A stretch of 64,000 nt of DNA from a virus (lineage: Duplodnaviria > Heunggongvirae > Uroviricota > Caudoviricetes): the IMG/VR virus record IMGVR_UViG_2926661365_000002; one strand, written 5' to 3'. The notes under the pieces were generated by a model, which did not search any database, was not told the origin of the DNA, and worked only from the letters and a program-made list of their open reading frames with translations. Positions 45,189 to 53,787 of this stretch are shown piece after piece (within the stretch, counting starts at the first letter, position 1; each line of letters starts with the position of its first letter). The position numbers and the translations under genes were made by a program.

Positions 45189-45813
45189 CGGCGGCATTGT
45201 CGAGGGCGAAATGCAGCGCCTCAATGGTGCCGCTCCGCTCCGCCGCCTGCCTCGGGGTGAGCTTCTTCACCCCGACCCTGATATCCATCCAGTCGTCACT
45301 CCAGACGACCAGCTCGATCACCGTCCACAACCACGGCTTTTCGAGAGACTTCTTCAAGAGATCCATCAGCTTCATGCAGTCGAGCTGATAGCCCCTGATG
45401 TCGCCGGCAGAGGTGCTCGCCCCGCCCCCTCCGGCGCCCTCCAGTGAGGGAGAGCGCAGCACCTTGACCTGCGCCCCATCGATGAGCTCGCGGATCTTGA
45501 GCGCCGTGTGGAAGCGCACCCCTGCCATGCCCTCCTCGTCCCGGCTCGAGTCCATCTCGCCTTTAGCGACGAGGTATTCGACCGGGCTCGAGTTGGCATC
45601 CACCATGGCGATACCTCGAGTCCCCATAAAGAACGTGATGTCGCGGGCCTCCGCTTGATTCATCACCGTCTCGATCTGCCGATACATGGTGTTCCGCGCG
45701 ATCTCCTGCTTTGGCTCTCGCCCGTAGAAGGCGACCAGCGGCAGGACACCCCGCCGCTCATCGTCCAGCTTGCGACCTTTGAGCCGATCGCGAAGGCTTT
45801 GTCCCGTTGCCAT
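45058..45813 (-). CDS. Hypothetical protein, last gene of the replication/early operon
   Basis: 251 aa; no family recognised. Confidence 0.45.
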   Translation of the reverse strand: MATGQSLRDRLKGRKLDDERRGVLPLVAFYGREPKQEIARNTMYRQIETVMNQAEARDITFFMGTRGIAMVDANSSPVEYLVAKGEMDSSRDEEGMAGVRFHTALKIRELIDGAQVKVLRSPSLEGAGGGGASTSAGDIRGYQLDCMKLMDLLKKSLEKPWLWTVIELVVWSDDWMDIRVGVKKLTPRQAAERSGTIEALHFALDNAAVILGYLPPEDLISRWPRGCPRMPPLMKRRRLVSRDAGPLELRS

Positions 45814-45815
45814 TG

Positions 45816-46136
45816 TCAGCCCCTCTTAACCTGGCTGCCCCGAAGGGCGATGATCTTGTGCGGCACCCTGTCCAGGACGCCGCCGTCTATCGGCTTCCCA
45901 TCGTCCCCTATCCGGATCAGCAGCAGCTCATCGAGCGCCGCCTGTCTCTCCGCCGTGGTCATGCTCGACCTGTTCGGATAGGGGGAACGATTGACGATTC
46001 CCGAGATCTGTTTCTTCCGCTTGCCTGTCACCTCGGCGATGCTGATCTCCGACATGCCGATGACCCACAGAACCCACACCACATAATTGGTCCGATCGCT
46101 GTGCCGAACCAAGCGTTTCTCAAGATTTGGGGCCAC
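45816..46136 (-). CDS. Hypothetical protein with HTH-like segment
   Basis: 106 aa. MSEISIAEVTGKRKKQISGIVNRS. Confidence 0.4.
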   Translation of the reverse strand: MAPNLEKRLVRHSDRTNYVVWVLWVIGMSEISIAEVTGKRKKQISGIVNRSPYPNRSSMTTAERQAALDELLLIRIGDDGKPIDGGVLDRVPHKIIALRGSQVKRG

Positions 46137-46443
46137 GGGCTTTGCCCCTCTTGTAGACGACGCTGATCACTCTGGTCTTGGCCCGCTGCGGGGCCACCTT
46201 GAACATGGCGTTGACCTCGGCTGCCGTCCTGCCTGCCACCTCGCCGTCGCGCACATAGTTGCCGCGCATGTAGCTGAGAAGCTGCTCAGTGAGCGCCTCG
46301 TAGGCCGCGCCCTTGGTCGGGAAGAACCTCGGGTTGCCACCCTTCCCCTTGATGGGGGTGGCCTCTGCCTCGTGAGCGAGCCGCAGCATGGCGAGATACT
46401 GTCCGCCCGGTACCGGATGGGGGAATGCCTGGATGTCGTTCAT
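46120..46443 (-). CDS. Hypothetical protein
   Basis: 107 aa. Confidence 0.4.
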   Translation of the reverse strand: MNDIQAFPHPVPGGQYLAMLRLAHEAEATPIKGKGGNPRFFPTKGAAYEALTEQLLSYMRGNYVRDGEVAGRTAAEVNAMFKVAPQRAKTRVISVVYKRGKARGPKS

Positions 46444-46445
46444 GG

Positions 46446-47849
46446 TCAGACCCCGTGATCCAGATCAGGCATCTCATCGAATGCCATGGTTGCCTGATAG
46501 CCGCCGATGTCGGCGTAGCGGGTGGTTGCCCCATCCCAGTGGAACACGCGCCTGTCGCGCGGCGTCCCAAAGCGGTCCTTCAATTTATACACTTCGATTC
46601 TCCCCTCGTGCATTCGGAGTTGTGCTTGGTGGTCTTCCTTCGCCTTCGCTTGGTTGGTGCGGGGCGGGTTCTTTTTCAGCCATTCGTGGCGGTTGAAATT
46701 CGCGAGCATCAGGTCGGCGTGTTCTTCGAGAGAGCCGCCATAGAAGTCTTCCATCTCCGGCTCCGGCGTCTCCTTCTGACGGGCTGCCTTGGTGAACTGG
46801 CAGAGCGCGATGACGACGCACCCGAGATCCTTGGCCAGCGACTTGAGGTCTCGAGCGTTCTCATAGGCGCGCTCGACTGGGTCCATGCGGTTCTTGGTGT
46901 GGCGCTCGATGAGCTTGAGGTGGTCGACGGCCAGCATGCGGAGGCCGAACTTCCGCTTGTGCGCATAGGCGCGGCTGCGGATCTGGTTGATATCCATCTT
47001 CGACGGGGCAACGATGCGCAGCTTGCGATCGGAGAACTTTGCCTGCGCTGCGATGAGGGCCTCGAACTGCTCGTCTCTGAGCCCGCGCATGATGTCCCTG
47101 GACTTGACCCCTGTGTCCCCCGCCACTGAGCGCGCGACCAGCGAGGTGTTTTCCATTTCGAGTTCGAAGAGGGTGGAAGGGTCGGCGGTGCTGGTGAAGA
47201 GGAGCTGCTGCATGGCGAAGGCGGTCTTGCCGGAGCCCGGGCCCCCACCCCAGAGGACGAGCGACCCCGGCGGGAAGAACCCGATCATCTCCTCCAGCCC
47301 CCGCAGGCAGGGTGCCAGGGCGATTCCCTTGCCCGCGCTATTCGATGCCGTGTGAACGATCTGAGCCAGCGTTGAGGACACCGTGCTCTCGTGCTCGATC
47401 TTCGCCTCGCGCGAGATGTCGGCCAGTCTCTCGGATGCGCGATCGACAATCTGGTCAGCGTCGGCTTTGGGATTGTTGGCGGTCTTGATCATGTTCTCCG
47501 CCAGCGCAATCACCCGGCGGCGCGTGGCTGCAGAGCGCAGCTCGAACGCATAGTCCCGAAGCGGGAGGTTCTCCTCGCGCGCTGCCACATGCAGCAGCAT
47601 CGAGAGGTAGGCCTCCGGGTCTTTCCCCTCAGAGAGAGAACCGATTCTGCCGGCGACGATGTGCGGGCGGATGGCGCGAGCGTCCTGGGCCAGCTCGTTG
47701 ATCACGACGTAGATCTTCTGGTGATCCTCGGACGCGAAGAGATCCATGTTGAGGATGTCGATCACATCCCAGAAGGAGTCCTCGTTGAACAGGATCGCGC
47801 CTAGGACGATCTTCTCGATCTCGATGTTCTTGGTGATGTCGATGGTCAT
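46446..47849 (-). CDS. dnaB: Replicative DNA helicase, DnaB family
   Basis: 467 aa. DnaB N-terminal domain (IEIEKIVLGAILFNEDSF) plus Walker A GGGPGSGKT and the RecA-like C-terminal domain. Confidence 0.85.
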   Translation of the reverse strand: MTIDITKNIEIEKIVLGAILFNEDSFWDVIDILNMDLFASEDHQKIYVVINELAQDARAIRPHIVAGRIGSLSEGKDPEAYLSMLLHVAAREENLPLRDYAFELRSAATRRRVIALAENMIKTANNPKADADQIVDRASERLADISREAKIEHESTVSSTLAQIVHTASNSAGKGIALAPCLRGLEEMIGFFPPGSLVLWGGGPGSGKTAFAMQQLLFTSTADPSTLFELEMENTSLVARSVAGDTGVKSRDIMRGLRDEQFEALIAAQAKFSDRKLRIVAPSKMDINQIRSRAYAHKRKFGLRMLAVDHLKLIERHTKNRMDPVERAYENARDLKSLAKDLGCVVIALCQFTKAARQKETPEPEMEDFYGGSLEEHADLMLANFNRHEWLKKNPPRTNQAKAKEDHQAQLRMHEGRIEVYKLKDRFGTPRDRRVFHWDGATTRYADIGGYQATMAFDEMPDLDHGV

Positions 47850-47869
47850 GTGTCAGCCTGTCTGTGTTC

Positions 47870-48979
47870 TTATTCGCCGTATCGTCTCTGCATCAGGCGT
47901 TGGTGCCTCACCTTCGCTTGGTAGACGTCGAGCCAGTCGTCCGGCTCTGGTGATGGGAAAATGACGGTCTCAATTCCCTGCCTCTGCGCCCGCTCCCTGA
48001 GCGAGTTCGCCGCCCTGATCCCCGGTGGGTCTTCCACCTCCCCGGTTCTCCGGTTGAGGCGGTGTCGATCGCCATCCGCGTAGATCTCGAGCCGCTTGAC
48101 CCCCGGCGGGATGTCGAGGCCGACCATCCCTGACGTCGACAGGGTGGCCCACACAGAGAAGGTGTTGCGGGTGAGCCTCTGGACTGCCAGCGCAGTCTCC
48201 ATCCCCTCTGCAAGGCGCAGGGTGGGCGCTGCAGGGCCGAACCGAACGGCAGCCCCGGACGCATTCCCGAAGCCGAGCTTGATTTTCTTCCCGTCCTCGT
48301 CGACCAGTGCCTTGCCGTCAGGTCCGAGGAAGATCCGCCAGATGGCGACCAGCTCGCGCCGCACATTCTGGACCCCACCGATGAGGGCCGGGTGGCGCCC
48401 GCCCTTGAACGGCAGGGATGGGTGGAAGCGCAGGCTTGGAGGCCATTCGCCCAGACCGGGCAGCTCCGGCATCAGCTCGAGGTCGCGCCCGACGAGGTAG
48501 CCCTCGCCCAGTGTGCCGGCGATCGGTGTGGCCGAGGCCCAGACGCCCTTGACCGTGTCGTCCTTCCATTTGTTTTCCCGGGCCTGCTCGCGCTCCCGCT
48601 TGGCTTTGCTCGCCTCCCTCGCCCGCTCCCTCTTGAGGCGCTCCTCGCGCTCCGCCTGGGTTTCGATTCCGCCGCCCGGCAAGGCGATGCCCGCCATGTT
48701 GGCGATGACTTCGACGGCGCGCGGGAAGGACAGGCCGTCGAGCTGATGCAGGAACTTGAAGTGATCGCCTGACGCACCGCAGCCGAAGCAATGGTACCGG
48801 CCTTTCTTGTCCTCGCAGTGGAAGGAGGGTTTCTTCTCCCCGTGGATCGGGCAGCATGCCCAATAGTCACCCTTGGCTGGTCTGGTCTTGGCGCGATCCC
48901 AGGTGACGCGCTTGCCGACAACTTCTGAGATCGGTACCCGCTCGCGGATCTCGTCGAGGAACTGCTCTGTGAAGCGCAT
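47870..48979 (-). CDS. DNA primase (CHC2 zinc finger + Toprim)
   Basis: Zn finger WACCPIHGEKKPSFHC...YHCFGCGASGD; Toprim EIYADGD. Start reassigned to MRFTEQ (ATG overlapping the upstream stop, TAATG). Confidence 0.8.
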   Translation of the reverse strand: MRFTEQFLDEIRERVPISEVVGKRVTWDRAKTRPAKGDYWACCPIHGEKKPSFHCEDKKGRYHCFGCGASGDHFKFLHQLDGLSFPRAVEVIANMAGIALPGGGIETQAEREERLKRERAREASKAKREREQARENKWKDDTVKGVWASATPIAGTLGEGYLVGRDLELMPELPGLGEWPPSLRFHPSLPFKGGRHPALIGGVQNVRRELVAIWRIFLGPDGKALVDEDGKKIKLGFGNASGAAVRFGPAAPTLRLAEGMETALAVQRLTRNTFSVWATLSTSGMVGLDIPPGVKRLEIYADGDRHRLNRRTGEVEDPPGIRAANSLRERAQRQGIETVIFPSPEPDDWLDVYQAKVRHQRLMQRRYGE

Positions 48980-49560
48980 TAGAACAGGCTTTCCTGCTGG
49001 TATGCCCGACCGCGATCGAAGGCATAGCCCGGCTCGTGAACGATGCGGGTGTAGTCGAGAATGCAGAGGGCCTCGGCCTCGTCCGCTGAGCCGTAGCTCC
49101 AGCCTCGAGCGTCGCAATATTCCTTCGCCCGCTCCTTGAACCACTTGGACCGCTCAACCTGACTGGCACCCTTCATGCTGTCCGGGGTGCGCGTCTTGGT
49201 GTGGGTCTTCGCGCGCCAAGACTGGATGGCCACAAAGTCAGGCTGCCGCAGCGCCATGATATGGCAGAGGGTCTGAGCGTGGGTCGGCCAGCCCGACGAG
49301 AACATGACCTGCTCGGCGTCAATCCGGTCGTCATCGCCATGGGTGACGATCGTCATCAGCTCGATGCAGACCAGCGGGTCCGGCATGCTTTCCAAGGTGC
49401 GCCGCATGAACTGGGTGAATGTGAAATAGGCCTCGCCTGGGGTCTCCTGGTTGAACCTCCAGGTTCCGTGCTTGAGCTTCTCTCCGCCTGCGAGGCACGA
49501 AGCCCAGCCCATATTTCTGCCGGGGTCGAGGACGAGGTAACTGCCGGGTGCGCGTGCCAT
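48979..49560 (-). CDS. RuvC-like Holliday junction resolvase
   Basis: YLVLDPGRNMGWA (RuvC motif I DPG) and SADEAEALCI (D.ADALA motif). Confidence 0.55.
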   Translation of the reverse strand: MARAPGSYLVLDPGRNMGWASCLAGGEKLKHGTWRFNQETPGEAYFTFTQFMRRTLESMPDPLVCIELMTIVTHGDDDRIDAEQVMFSSGWPTHAQTLCHIMALRQPDFVAIQSWRAKTHTKTRTPDSMKGASQVERSKWFKERAKEYCDARGWSYGSADEAEALCILDYTRIVHEPGYAFDRGRAYQQESLF

Positions 49561-50213
49561 TAAGCTCTCCGGTATTTGGCTGGTGCGTTGGACATGAAGG
49601 TTGCGATCGAGAAGCCGAGAGGCGTCCGGCTCCGCAGATCCCCGCGGAATGCGCCCTCCCCCATCTTCGCGATGCGATCGTCTGGCTTGACGTCAGCCAG
49701 ATGCGCGGCCGGTCTCTTCGCCGGCATGACAAACCCGCCGCCGGTCCAGAGGCAGGTCTCTTTGGTGTAGTGGTCTTCCTCGTGCCAGCCGGCATACTCC
49801 CACGGGTGGAAGCGGTGATCCGGTGCGCCGACATGAGGGATGGTGCTGAGCACCCCCTTGGGGTTCTCGATCAGGTACGGTGCGCCTGACCACTCGCAGG
49901 CGTGACGGCAGATCTCGAAGATCTCCAGCGCGTCCCGCAGCAGGGCCGTGCCCTTGCGCTTGAAATGAAGAGCGCCGCTCGAGGCGACGTCAGTGCAGGG
50001 CGGGAAGGCTGCAACGAACAGGATCTCGACCCCTGCCGGCGGCGTCCAGGAGCGCACGTCGCCCCAGACTTTCTCCACCCCAGCATGGTACCGGCGCGCG
50101 GTCGCGCTGTTCTGCAGGTCGACACAGATGCAGCGGATACCGGCCTCGGCCCACGGCTGGGCCATGATCCCGCTGGCGTCGCAAAGGAAGATGGCGACAG
50201 GCTCGCGCTTCAT
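49560..50213 (-). CDS. C5-cytosine methyltransferase-like protein (short; motifs IV and VI recognisable)
   Basis: AAFPPCTDVASSG (PC motif IV) and IENPKG (ENV motif VI). Only about 217 aa from MKREPVAIF, so it is possibly incomplete or atypical. Confidence 0.4.
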   Translation of the reverse strand: MKREPVAIFLCDASGIMAQPWAEAGIRCICVDLQNSATARRYHAGVEKVWGDVRSWTPPAGVEILFVAAFPPCTDVASSGALHFKRKGTALLRDALEIFEICRHACEWSGAPYLIENPKGVLSTIPHVGAPDHRFHPWEYAGWHEEDHYTKETCLWTGGGFVMPAKRPAAHLADVKPDDRIAKMGEGAFRGDLRSRTPLGFSIATFMSNAPAKYRRA

Positions 50214-50779
50214 GCCGCGGCCTCGTCGAACTTCTGAGCCTCGTTGCCGAAGCCGTACCAGCCCGGACGGGTCTGACGGGAGAAGATGTCGCAGCGACGG
50301 GCATGGGGCATGACCCGATCGCACAGATGATAGAACTCTTCCGGCTTGCGGGAGTGCTCTCGGGCCACCCCGTCGAAGACCCCCGGCGGTACCCAATCTT
50401 GCTTCGGGTTGCCGAGGGTCGCGACGATGACCAGCTCGCCCATGGTCCTGGCCCGGTACCCGGTACCCATCCGGACCTTTCCATTGCGAGTGGTCTTCCG
50501 CCAGACGAGGAAGGTCTTGTAGGTGAAGCCCCAGTTCTCGACGCACTGGATGGCGAACGGCAGCTTCGGAGCGATGGTCCAGCAGTAGAGCAGGGTGTTC
50601 ATCGATGCGAGCTGGCCGACCGGCATGGCGAGGATGTCCTCGTCCTTCATCAGGTCGTACTGGGCGAGCGCCGATTTCTTGGCGCCCTCCTCACTGTAAA
50701 GGTCGAAGCCCCACGGCGGGTCGATCACAATCAGCTCGTGATACAGCGGTCGCAGCGGGTCGAAAAACCAAGTCGTCAC
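50210..50779 (-). CDS. MT-A70 family N6-adenine DNA methyltransferase
   Basis: LIVIDPPWGF (DPPW motif IV); ...EHSRKPEEFY; 189 aa. Confidence 0.75.
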   Translation of the reverse strand: MTTWFFDPLRPLYHELIVIDPPWGFDLYSEEGAKKSALAQYDLMKDEDILAMPVGQLASMNTLLYCWTIAPKLPFAIQCVENWGFTYKTFLVWRKTTRNGKVRMGTGYRARTMGELVIVATLGNPKQDWVPPGVFDGVAREHSRKPEEFYHLCDRVMPHARRCDIFSRQTRPGWYGFGNEAQKFDEAAA

Positions 50780-51150
50780 TTCTTGCCCCTAACCCTCATC
50801 ATGATCCTGCGCTCCAGCTCGATGAGCGCGAGGTTCAACTTCCATTTCACCCAGATGAGCCGGAACTTGATCGGCTCGCCCGGCCTGGGGGCATGGATCA
50901 TTCGGACGAACCGCTTCACATCCATGTCGCCCTTGGTCTCGTTGCATTCGGCGCAGGCAGCGACCGTGTTTTCCTTCTGGTTGCTGCCGCCCTTGGCCCT
51001 CGGGATCACATGGTCCCGAGTGGCCTACTTGAGGGAGAGAGGCTCGAGGCAGTATTTGCACCGCCCACCCTGCGCCCGTAGGGCTGCCTCTCTCTCGGCC
51101 CGTTCGAAGGCCCGCTCCAGTCGGAGGCGCTGGTAATCGCGCCGCCTCAT
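50776..51150 (-). pseudogene. HNH endonuclease interrupted by an in-frame amber codon
   Basis: A single minus-strand frame reads MRRRDYQRLRLERAFERAEREAALRAQGGRCKYCLEPLSLK-TAG-ATRDHVIPRAKGGSNQKENTVAACAECNETKG. The HNH halves (C.YC ... H.IP...GG...N...AC..CN..KG) are intact and separated only by a TAG at 51024-51026. Confidence 0.5.
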
Positions 51151-51153
51151 GGA

Positions 51154-51642
51154 TCAGTTGCCCGGGCCTTCCGTGGCGATCGCCGCCTTGAGATCCTGGT
51201 TGATGAAGGCGTAGCCATCGTTGTTGCCACGCTGCCAGGCATCGTAGCCCTCGGAGCCGGCGGCATAGGGGTTGAGGTTTGCTTTGCGCAGCATCCCGGC
51301 GAGGCGCCCCTCTTCATAGGCACGGTCGGCTTCGGTGGCGCCGTCGCCATTGATGAGGCTCATCTGCCGTCCGATGCGGTGGCCGAAGAGTTTCGCGATG
51401 CGGATCTTCCTCTCGAAGTCGGCGATGACCTGCCCGACGTCCTTCTCCTCGAGGGACATCGCGAACTCGATGTCCTTCTTGGACCAGCCGAGATCCTTGA
51501 GGCGCTTGTAGATGGCGTTCATCCCACCCTTCGTGCCGGCCATCTCGGACTGAGCCTTCTTGATGTCGGCGTAGCCCTTGAGGAACTGCTGGTCCTCGTA
51601 GTTCTCCTGCTGGGTCTTCTCGTTATGCGTACTCGTCATCAT
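51154..51642 (-). CDS. Hypothetical protein
   Basis: 162 aa. Confidence 0.45.
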   Translation of the reverse strand: MMTSTHNEKTQQENYEDQQFLKGYADIKKAQSEMAGTKGGMNAIYKRLKDLGWSKKDIEFAMSLEEKDVGQVIADFERKIRIAKLFGHRIGRQMSLINGDGATEADRAYEEGRLAGMLRKANLNPYAAGSEGYDAWQRGNNDGYAFINQDLKAAIATEGPGN

Positions 51643-51662
51643 GTTGCCCCTCCTGGGTGCGG

Positions 51663-52016
51663 TTAGAGGCCGAGGCGATTGCGCGCTTCGGCGATGGCGA
51701 GCCCTCCTTTGAGGAGCTCGAAATACTCGGGCTGGAGATGCGCGGGGATGGAAAAGCCGCGGCGGATGTCCTGCTGGTGAGACACCTGGGACTTGCGAAC
51801 GTCGTCGACGCGACGTTCCCGTTGCTGGCCCCTGAGGTTCTTGTGAACGCGCTTGGCAAAGGCCGGCGGGATGCCAAGGTCGGACATCCGCTTTTGGACC
51901 GCGCTGCCACTCACGCCCAATTCAACGGCGATCTTGCGCATGGTGAGGCCGGAGGCATTCAGCCCGCGAAGCTTGCGATCGAGCTCCGAAGTCCAGTTCC
52001 ACTTGTGAGCGCCCAT
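51663..52016 (-). CDS. GcrA-like regulator (N-terminal DNA-binding domain)
   Basis: KWNWTSELDRKLRGLNASGLTMRKIAVELGVSGSAVQKRMSDLGI aligns with the GcrA N-terminal pattern WTDE..L..L...GLS...IA..LG...AV..K...LG. Confidence 0.5.
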   Translation of the reverse strand: MGAHKWNWTSELDRKLRGLNASGLTMRKIAVELGVSGSAVQKRMSDLGIPPAFAKRVHKNLRGQQRERRVDDVRKSQVSHQQDIRRGFSIPAHLQPEYFELLKGGLAIAEARNRLGL

Positions 52017-52018
52017 GA

Positions 52019-52390
52019 TCAGGCGCCCTCGACTGCGTATTCCCCGACCGGCTGCCCGGCCTCCGCCTCCGCGAGCGTGGCGTCATCAGGGATGATGATG
52101 CAGTGCTGGATTGCAGTCAGCGCGATCAAGATCACGTCGGGGCCGGTGTTGGACCGCTCCGGCGCGTTCTCCAGGCGGAAGATGGCCGTCTGGCTAACCC
52201 CCATCCGACGACCAAACGCCGTCTGAGTTTCGCCGAGGCAGGCGCGAACATGTCGGACCTGTCGCCCCGTAAGCGAGACGGCGAGCCCGTCAATTGGCAG
52301 CTGCAATTCAGAGAGCATGCCCTTAACTCGCTGCAGGATAGGGGTGAGGCCTTCGATCTCTTGATTCTCTTGGGTTGTGTCGTTCTTCAT
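52019..52390 (-). CDS. Cro/XRE-like HTH regulator, first gene of the early minus-strand operon
   Basis: HTH LTGRQVRHVRACLGETQTAFGRRMGVSQTAIFRLE. Divergent from the CI-like gene. Start taken at MKNDTT. Confidence 0.55.
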   Translation of the reverse strand: MKNDTTQENQEIEGLTPILQRVKGMLSELQLPIDGLAVSLTGRQVRHVRACLGETQTAFGRRMGVSQTAIFRLENAPERSNTGPDVILIALTAIQHCIIIPDDATLAEAEAGQPVGEYAVEGA

Positions 52391-52521
52391 GGTTCCTCTC
52401 AGGAATGCGGAATGTATCGTTTCAGAACGCACTACATCTACGTTACGCATCGCTCAACGTCAACAAAAATGCACAACGAATAGCAACAACAGGGTATAAA
52501 TGCAGAGTAAGGAGTCACCCT
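52391..52521. promoter_or_regulatory. Divergent promoter/operator switch region between Cro-like and CI-like genes
   Basis: 131-nt AT-rich spacer containing the inverted repeat ACGTTacgcatcgctcAACGT and a TATAAAT box. Confidence 0.4.
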
Positions 52522-53223
52522 ATGAAACAAGCCAAACCAGCAGACCGCCTTAGAGAGGCGAGGAAATCCGCGGGCTTTGCCAGCGCAGCCGAGGCCGCGC
52601 GCCGCATCGGCGTGAGCCCAATAACCTATACGGCTCATGAGAATGGCACCCGCGAGTACGACCGCGAGGCCTGCCTCAATTACGCGCGCCGGTTCCATGT
52701 CAGCCCAGCCTGGCTGATGTTCGGCGCGGACGCTTCCGGCCCGGCCCCCACCGAAGAGAATAACATTCCGCTCGTGGACTTTACGCCGGGTGTCGCAGAC
52801 CGCACGCCGCGAATGCTCAATGAGTATGCTGTTCTCGACAGCAACATGATCGCTGACTTCACCGTCGACACGCTGCGACTGCCGTCCGCGTTCCTCGATC
52901 GGCAGATCTATTCGAAGCCGACATCCCTATTCGCAATGGAGTGGAAGCCCAGTTCCCGCGAATCATCGCGCGGTTCGGAATTTCGTGCCGGCGAAATCCT
53001 GCTGGTCAGATCGCAGAACCACGGCCCTCCGCGAGGAGAACGCTACCTGGTTGCAGACGGCATTTTTCCGGATGTGTTCGCTATTGAGTTGCACTCAAGG
53101 ACGGATGAGGGCGCTTTTGTCGTGCGCGCTTTTTCCTCAACCGGGGGTGATAAGGAAATAATCAAACCGCTCAGTGAGATTAAGATCTTGGGACAGGTGG
53201 TAGCCACCATCAAACCCCTCTGA
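52522..53223 (+). CDS. CI-like repressor (HTH + S24/LexA-like C-terminal domain)
   Basis: AAGGAG RBS. N-terminal HTH REARKSAGFASAAEAARRIGVSPITYTAHENG. The C-terminal segment ...SEIKILGQVVATI resembles the S24 fold. Confidence 0.65.
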   Translation: MKQAKPADRLREARKSAGFASAAEAARRIGVSPITYTAHENGTREYDREACLNYARRFHVSPAWLMFGADASGPAPTEENNIPLVDFTPGVADRTPRMLNEYAVLDSNMIADFTVDTLRLPSAFLDRQIYSKPTSLFAMEWKPSSRESSRGSEFRAGEILLVRSQNHGPPRGERYLVADGIFPDVFAIELHSRTDEGAFVVRAFSSTGGDKEIIKPLSEIKILGQVVATIKPL

Positions 53224-53565
53224 GACCTTACTAAGTCTAAGTTATATTTATTCCTTTTAACCCTTTATGACTGTTGGAAAGCCCGGAGCCCGAACATAGG
53301 AGGACTAAGCCCCGTGCTCAGAGAGCATCCGGAGTTAGCCCCTATGCCGAATGACATGACTGCCGGAGCCGCCCATCACCCATCCTCGACAGTCGAAATC
53401 AGCGCTGTCGATTGTCCACACTTTTTCGTCGCCCCTGATAAGGCCACGGCAGGCACCCCTTTGGACTTACGGAGTGGGGCTTCTATTTGCCTGCGCCCAG
53501 TGGTATAGAAAAACTCGTGTCAGACGAGAGAGAGCGCCACTGTCTTCAACCGACCGCTCTCTTTG

Positions 53566-53601
53566 TTGAGGCCCCGCTTTAAGCCAGCGGGGCCTTTTTT
53601 T
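53566..53601 (+). terminator. Strong rho-independent terminator
   Basis: GGCCCCGCT ttaagcc AGCGGGGCC stem followed by TTTTTTTTATT. Confidence 0.65.
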
Positions 53602-53639
53602 TATTCCCACATCGATACGTCTTGTGTCAATCGCTTCGT

Positions 53640-53690
53640 TGCGCATTTTTTGCGTTGACTTTTTTGCATTCGCAGCGAATATACACCCCG
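53640..53690 (+). promoter_or_regulatory. Candidate sigma70-like promoter for the rightward operon
   Basis: TTGACT-N17/18-AATATA/ATATAC. Flanking T6GC direct repeats TTTTTTGCGTT and TTTTTTGCATT may be operator-like. Confidence 0.3.
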
Positions 53691-53787
53691 ATCCGCATTG
53701 ACGGGAACGCACGCCCAAAAGCGATGCCGAACGTAGTGACGGACATTCACGGCGCATCGATGTGATGCGCACACCAGGGGATAGACC

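Noticed and set aside
49560-50213. Calling this a full Dcm-type C5-methyltransferase
   Set aside because: Only motifs IV (PC) and VI (ENP) are recognisable, in about 217 aa. Motif I and the target-recognition domain are not evident, so it is kept as methylase-like at low confidence.
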